10,846 bases of DNA from contig CAYNQI010000031.1 of the NCBI GenBank assembly GCA_964399335.1, positions 1 to 10,846 of the forward strand, read 5' to 3'. The position numbers were made by a program, and so were the translations under genes. Numbering within the stretch: position 1 is the first letter of the stretch; every line of letters begins with the position of its first letter. This DNA is from an uncultured Thermoplasmata archaeon. Lineage in GTDB: Archaea > Thermoplasmatota > Thermoplasmata > Halarchaeoplasmatales > Halarchaeoplasmataceae. Of this stretch, positions 6,889-10,846 are shown one piece after another. A model generated the notes under the pieces. That model searched no databases, was not told the DNA's origin, and saw only the letters and a list, made by a program, of their open reading frames with translations.

Positions 6889-7266
6889 ATGACAGAAAAG
6901 TTAGAAGTTTACAGATGTAACATATGCGGGAACATAGTAGAAGTGGTTCACGAAGGTATAGGTGAACTGGTCTGCTGTGGAGAACCCATGGAATTGTTGG
7001 AAGAGAAAGTAGAAGAAGAAGGTATGGAAAAACATCTTCCAGTTGTTGAAGAAGTCGACGAAGGTGTCAAAGTTAAAGTTGGTGAGAAGGAACACCCCAT
7101 GGAGGAAAAGCACTACATAGAGTGGATAGAGGTGCTGACTGAAGATGGGGCTTATAGAGTATTTTTAGAACCCGGTGATAAGCCGGAAGTTGTTTTCGAT
7201 CTGAATCAGGATAAAATAACTGCAGTCAGAGAGTACTGCAGTGTTCACGGATTATGGAAAATTTAG
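6889..7266 (+). CDS. dfx: Desulfoferrodoxin (2Fe superoxide reductase, class I)
   Basis: N-terminal desulforedoxin centre CNICGN...CCG. Catalytic centre EKHLP, HPMEEKHYI and YCSVHG. Confidence 0.94.
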   Translation: MTEKLEVYRCNICGNIVEVVHEGIGELVCCGEPMELLEEKVEEEGMEKHLPVVEEVDEGVKVKVGEKEHPMEEKHYIEWIEVLTEDGAYRVFLEPGDKPEVVFDLNQDKITAVREYCSVHGLWKI

Positions 7267-7278
7267 AGGTGTATATAT

Positions 7279-7785
7279 ATGGGAAAAATGACAGATAAAT
7301 CGTTAGAGGAAGCCTTTGCAGGCGAGTCAAAAGCGCACATGAAATACTTGATCTTCAGTGAAGTAGCTGAAAGAGAAGGAAAAGAGAACGTTGCACGGAT
7401 GTTCAAAGCTATCGCCTATGCGGAACGGGTCCATGCTACGAACCATGCAAGAGAACTTGACAAGATAGGTGATACGGAAGAGAACCTTCAAGCAGGTATC
7501 AACGGTGAGGATTTCGAAGTGCACTGGATGTATCCTGCCTACCACGAGATAGCACATCTCGAAGAGGAAGAAGGAGCTAAACGGTCCATACATTATGCTT
7601 TGGAGGCCGAGAAGATCCATTCTAAGATGTACGAGAAAGCAAAGAATGCCGTTGAGAAGGGCGATGATATCGAGTTGGATGAAGTTTACATCTGCCCGGT
7701 ATGTGGTTATACTCATGAGGGAGAACCACCTAAGGAATGTCCGGTCTGCGGTGTTACCAGTGATAAGTTCAAGATGTTTGAATGA
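7279..7785 (+). CDS. rbr: Rubrerythrin
   Basis: AFAGES, AERVHA, GEDFE, AEKIH diiron motifs and a C-terminal rubredoxin domain CPVCGY...CPVCG. GAGGTG RBS. Confidence 0.95.
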   Translation: MGKMTDKSLEEAFAGESKAHMKYLIFSEVAEREGKENVARMFKAIAYAERVHATNHARELDKIGDTEENLQAGINGEDFEVHWMYPAYHEIAHLEEEEGAKRSIHYALEAEKIHSKMYEKAKNAVEKGDDIELDEVYICPVCGYTHEGEPPKECPVCGVTSDKFKMFE

Positions 7786-7796
7786 GGTGTTTATAG

Positions 7797-8306
7797 ATGA
7801 TAAAAGAAAGTGTTGAAAAGTCCATAAACGATCAGATAAACGCTGAACTCTATTCAGCGTACCTGTACCTTTCCATGGCAGCGGATTTCGCTGACAAGGG
7901 CTACGAGGGTATGGAACAGTGGATGAGAGCTCAGGCCAGGGAAGAGAAGGAACACGCCATGAGGTTCTTCGATTACCTGCAGGAAAGAGGCGGAAGAGTA
8001 GAACTGGAAGCCATCGAGAAACCAAAGGAAGAATGGGAGTCGCCGTTAGAGGCCTTCGAAGAGGCATTGGAACATGAGAAGTACGTTACAGAAAGGATCA
8101 ACGAGATGGCTGATCTGGCTGAAAAAGAGAAGGACAGGGCTACATTGAACATGCTTCAATGGTTCATCGATGAACAGGTCGAGGAAGAAGATTCCACGGA
8201 GACCATAGTCAACAAGTTGAAGATGGTCGAGGACAGTCCCAGCGGTCTTATGATGCTGGATTCCAAACTCGGAGAAAGACCCACTGAAAGCCTTGAAGAA
8301 GAGTAA
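7797..8306 (+). CDS. ftnA: Non-heme ferritin
   Basis: QINAELYSAYLYLSMA, QAREEKEHAMRFFDYLQERGG, EHEKYVT and LQWFIDEQVEEE ferroxidase motifs. Confidence 0.95.
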   Translation: MIKESVEKSINDQINAELYSAYLYLSMAADFADKGYEGMEQWMRAQAREEKEHAMRFFDYLQERGGRVELEAIEKPKEEWESPLEAFEEALEHEKYVTERINEMADLAEKEKDRATLNMLQWFIDEQVEEEDSTETIVNKLKMVEDSPSGLMMLDSKLGERPTESLEEE

Positions 8307-8320
8307 AAATCGCTTCCAAA

Positions 8321-8356
8321 AAAACCCTTTTCTAAAACCCTTTATAATTTATTTAA
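8321..8356 (+). repeat. AAAACCCTTT direct repeat (8321-8330, 8334-8343) followed by ATAATTTATTTAA; possible terminator or internal promoter
   Basis: An exact 10-bp repeat with a 13-bp period. TTTATAAT at 8341-8348 is TATA-like. The block resembles 6852-6878. Confidence 0.45.
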
Positions 8357-8375
8357 AAGAAAATGGTGTGATAAG

Positions 8376-8834
8376 ATGAAGCTTAACGATTATAGTACAC
8401 AGCTGCTATTCTTAGCGGCAGTGAAGGCCGAAAAAGAAGCCATCGAAGTCTATTCCGGTTTGAAGGATGAGTTTCAGGATGATTTCTTACAAAATCGTCT
8501 AGATTTCCTGATCAAAGAAGAGGAGCATCACGAAAGGATCCTTATGGGCATGTTCAAAGATCTGTTTCCAGATGAGGAGATCGTTCTTCCCAAAAAAAGC
8601 CCAGTCCCTGCTCCTGATATGGATAGAGATATAGAAGATGAAAAAGAACTCCTAAAGAACGCCATGGATGCTGAGATCTGGGCTGCTAAATATTATAGAT
8701 CATTCTCAAACAGATTCGATGATGGTTCGAAGATGAATAAAACTTTGAAGTATTTAGCCAAGATGGAAAGGGGACATTTTAAGATGTTTCAGACTGAATT
8801 AGAAAAGATAGAGGAAGTGAGTAAAGATGGATAG
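8376..8834 (+). CDS. Ferritin-like / rubrerythrin-related diiron protein without rubredoxin domain, paralog 2
   Basis: KAE...EEEHH...DAE...MERGH diiron pattern, a PVPAP linker shared with paralog 1 (PVPIP), and no Cys. Its stop overlaps the next start by 8 nt. Confidence 0.78.
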   Translation: MKLNDYSTQLLFLAAVKAEKEAIEVYSGLKDEFQDDFLQNRLDFLIKEEEHHERILMGMFKDLFPDEEIVLPKKSPVPAPDMDRDIEDEKELLKNAMDAEIWAAKYYRSFSNRFDDGSKMNKTLKYLAKMERGHFKMFQTELEKIEEVSKDG

Positions 8835-10479
8835 ATTTACGTATATAGTTGGTGGAAAAGCGGGAGAGGGGGTCAAGAAAGCAGGTTCAGCCGCCGCTAA
8901 CCTGTTCAGAAAGATGGGTAGAAAGACCTTCCAGATGGACGATTACCAGAGTCTTATACGAGGTGGACACAACTTTTCAGTGGTTAGTTCCTCTACAGGT
9001 GATATCTACAGTCATTATATGAAAGCGGATGTTGTTGTCAATATAGATGGTAGAAGTTACAAGATACACAAAGACCATCTTAAAAAAGACGGTCTGATGA
9101 TCTACAATTCTGGGGATACTGAAGATGGAGAAGGTATCGGATTACCGATAAACGACTTGTCCAAGGAGTATTCAAAATCCGACCTGATAAAAGGTGTTGC
9201 TGGGATCGCTGTGCTTTCATACGTTATAGGTATGAGTAAAGACGATCTGAAAAAGGTCATCAAAAAAGAGTATTCCAGGGGTGTTGAAGAGAACCTTTCC
9301 TTCGCTGAAAAGATATACGATTCTGCTGAAGAGAAGATCGATAAAAAGTTCGAGTTAGATGAAGGGGAACATGATCTTCCAGTTCTCAGCGGGAACCAGT
9401 CACTCTCGTTAGGCGCTTCAGCAGCGGGTTTGGATATGTACATCGGTTATCCCATGACGCCTGCTTCATCTATACTGCATTTCTTCGCCGCCAATAAAGA
9501 TCATTTAAAGGTGATGCCTATCCACCCGGAGAACGAGATAGGTGTTGCAAACATGGCCATAGGTGCTACCATGCCCGGAGCTAGGGTTATGGTAGGAAGC
9601 AGCGGTGGAGGTATGGCACTCATGGAAGAGGCTATGTCCCTGGCAGGTATGAGCGAATCGCCGGTGCTTTTCGTGCTGGCTTCCAGACCGGGACCATCTA
9701 CGGGAGTTCCCACGTATACCGAACAGGCAGATCTAAAGTTCGCTTTGAATCAAGGCCATGGAGATTTTCCCATGATAGTTGCTTCACCAGGTAGTATCGA
9801 AGAAGCTTTCTACCTGGCCGGAGAGATGTTGAACATGGTCTGGAAGTACCAGACTCCCGGGATCTTACTTACAGAGAAACATCTCTCTGAAAGCAGCATG
9901 ACCGTGGATCTGGACCCTTCAAAAGTTGAATGGGCTAGTCCGGAAGAATTCGAAGGTGAGGATTACAAGAGATACGAGGTGACGGAGGACGGAGTTTCAC
10001 CGTTAAAATTCCCTCCTTCTGAGGATGTGATCAAGTGGAACAGTTATGAAAGCGATGAGAAAGGTATAACAACAGAAGATCCAGAGGTCATCACAGAGAT
10101 GCACGATAAGCGGAGGACTAAAGATGAAACAATCATGTACGATCTTAAAGAGGTCAACACCGTAAACGAGTTCGGTGAAGACGGACCGGTGATATTCACC
10201 TACGGTTCTACGACCATGAGTGTCCGAGAAGCTTTGAAAGTCGGTGATATAGAAGCTAAAGTGGTGCAGCCTGTATACCTGCGTCCCTTCCCGCTATGGG
10301 AGATGGAGGAATACATGGACGAAGACGTGATAGTTGTGGAACAGAGTTCTACGGGACAGTTCGCAACCCTGCTTCGTGAGAAATGCAGGATCGTTCCAAA
10401 AACAGTCATAAGAAAGTACGATGGACGGCCCTTCGAACCAGAAGAATTAGCTGAGAAATTAAAGGAGGCGATAAGATGA
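8827..10479 (+). CDS. korA: 2-oxoacid:ferredoxin oxidoreductase alpha subunit (fused gamma-alpha)
   Basis: N-terminal GGKAGEG and IRGGHN (gamma domain), [35 protein letters not shown] and QGHGDFP. Substrate specificity cannot be determined, so the symbol is generic. Confidence 0.9.
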   Translation: MDRFTYIVGGKAGEGVKKAGSAAANLFRKMGRKTFQMDDYQSLIRGGHNFSVVSSSTGDIYSHYMKADVVVNIDGRSYKIHKDHLKKDGLMIYNSGDTEDGEGIGLPINDLSKEYSKSDLIKGVAGIAVLSYVIGMSKDDLKKVIKKEYSRGVEENLSFAEKIYDSAEEKIDKKFELDEGEHDLPVLSGNQSLSLGASAAGLDMYIGYPMTPASSILHFFAANKDHLKVMPIHPENEIGVANMAIGATMPGARVMVGSSGGGMALMEEAMSLAGMSESPVLFVLASRPGPSTGVPTYTEQADLKFALNQGHGDFPMIVASPGSIEEAFYLAGEMLNMVWKYQTPGILLTEKHLSESSMTVDLDPSKVEWASPEEFEGEDYKRYEVTEDGVSPLKFPPSEDVIKWNSYESDEKGITTEDPEVITEMHDKRRTKDETIMYDLKEVNTVNEFGEDGPVIFTYGSTTMSVREALKVGDIEAKVVQPVYLRPFPLWEMEEYMDEDVIVVEQSSTGQFATLLREKCRIVPKTVIRKYDGRPFEPEELAEKLKEAIR

Positions 10480-10846
10480 GTGATGAACTAGGAACCGGTG
10501 CCGAGAATACATGGTGCCCTGGCTGTGGTAATTTTGGGATACTAAACTCCGTAAAGAACGCTGTGAAAGAATTAGAAGAAAGAGGTATTGAACGGGAGAA
10601 ACTTCTGATATCCGCAGGCATCGGATGCCATGCCAAGATATTCGATTACCTCAACTTAAGCGGGTTGTACTCGATACATGGAAGGGAGATCGCAACGATC
10701 CAAGGTATGAAATTCGCCAATCCTGAATTGACGGTTATAGGTTTCGGAGGCGACGGAGACGCATACGGAGAAGGACTGTCTCATCTCGTCTTCGCAGCTA
10801 AAAGGAATGCAGATATCACCATGATAGTTCACAACAACGGCAACTA
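10476..10846 (+). CDS. korB: 2-oxoacid:ferredoxin oxidoreductase beta subunit, N-terminal part (runs off the window)
   Basis: Hand translation begins [23 protein letters not shown], with GIGCHAK, HGR and the TPP-binding [14 protein letters not shown] overlap with the alpha stop. Confidence 0.92.
   Translation, partial: MSDELGTGAENTWCPGCGNFGILNSVKNAVKELEERGIEREKLLISAGIGCHAKIFDYLNLSGLYSIHGREIATIQGMKFANPELTVIGFGGDGDAYGEGLSHLVFAAKRNADITMIVHNNGN

Noticed and set aside
7327-8067. 246-aa antisense ORF over rbr and ftn
   Set aside because: No recognisable motifs or RBS. It is the shadow of two strongly supported genes.
4556-10636. Short alternative ORFs (4556-4759, 4986-5255, 5155-5364, 5384-5695, 6311-6541, 6901-7113, 7595-7816, 9102-9443, 9501-9713, 10200-10409, 10406-10636)
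   Set aside because: All overlap conserved genes in another frame or strand and show no family signal.
1-10846. CRISPR arrays, tRNA/rRNA, IS elements, integrases
   Set aside because: No spaced repeats, RNA-gene signatures, terminal inverted repeats or transposase motifs were seen. The window is almost fully coding.

Overview
This window looks archaeal (GGTGA/GAGGTG ribosome-binding sites, BRE/TATA-like boxes, an LrpA/Ptr2-type regulator) and probably comes from an anaerobe with a fairly acidic, Glu/Lys-rich proteome. It has two divergent arms. The minus arm carries an Lrp/AsnC regulator, then crtI/crtD-like desaturase, crtB phytoene synthase, a LyeJ/CrtEb-like lycopene elongase and sfsA nuclease, which amounts to a minimal C45/C50 carotenoid operon. 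The plus arm is a dense anaerobic peroxide/superoxide/iron defence cluster: erythrin-like ferritin-fold protein, rubredoxin (missed by the ORF track), 1-Cys peroxiredoxin, neelaredoxin-type SOR, archaeal 3-Cys peroxiredoxin, desulfoferrodoxin, rubrerythrin, ferritin and a second erythrin-like protein. It runs directly into 2-oxoacid:ferredoxin oxidoreductase alpha and a truncated beta subunit. The best candidate for an undescribed system is the whole layout: membrane-antioxidant carotenoid synthesis and cytoplasmic reductive ROS defence on either side of one Ptr2-like regulator, with a Ptr2-like palindrome and roughly 21-bp phased half-sites between them. All family calls come from motifs I recognise, not from database searches. 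I saw no RNA genes, CRISPR arrays or mobile elements.
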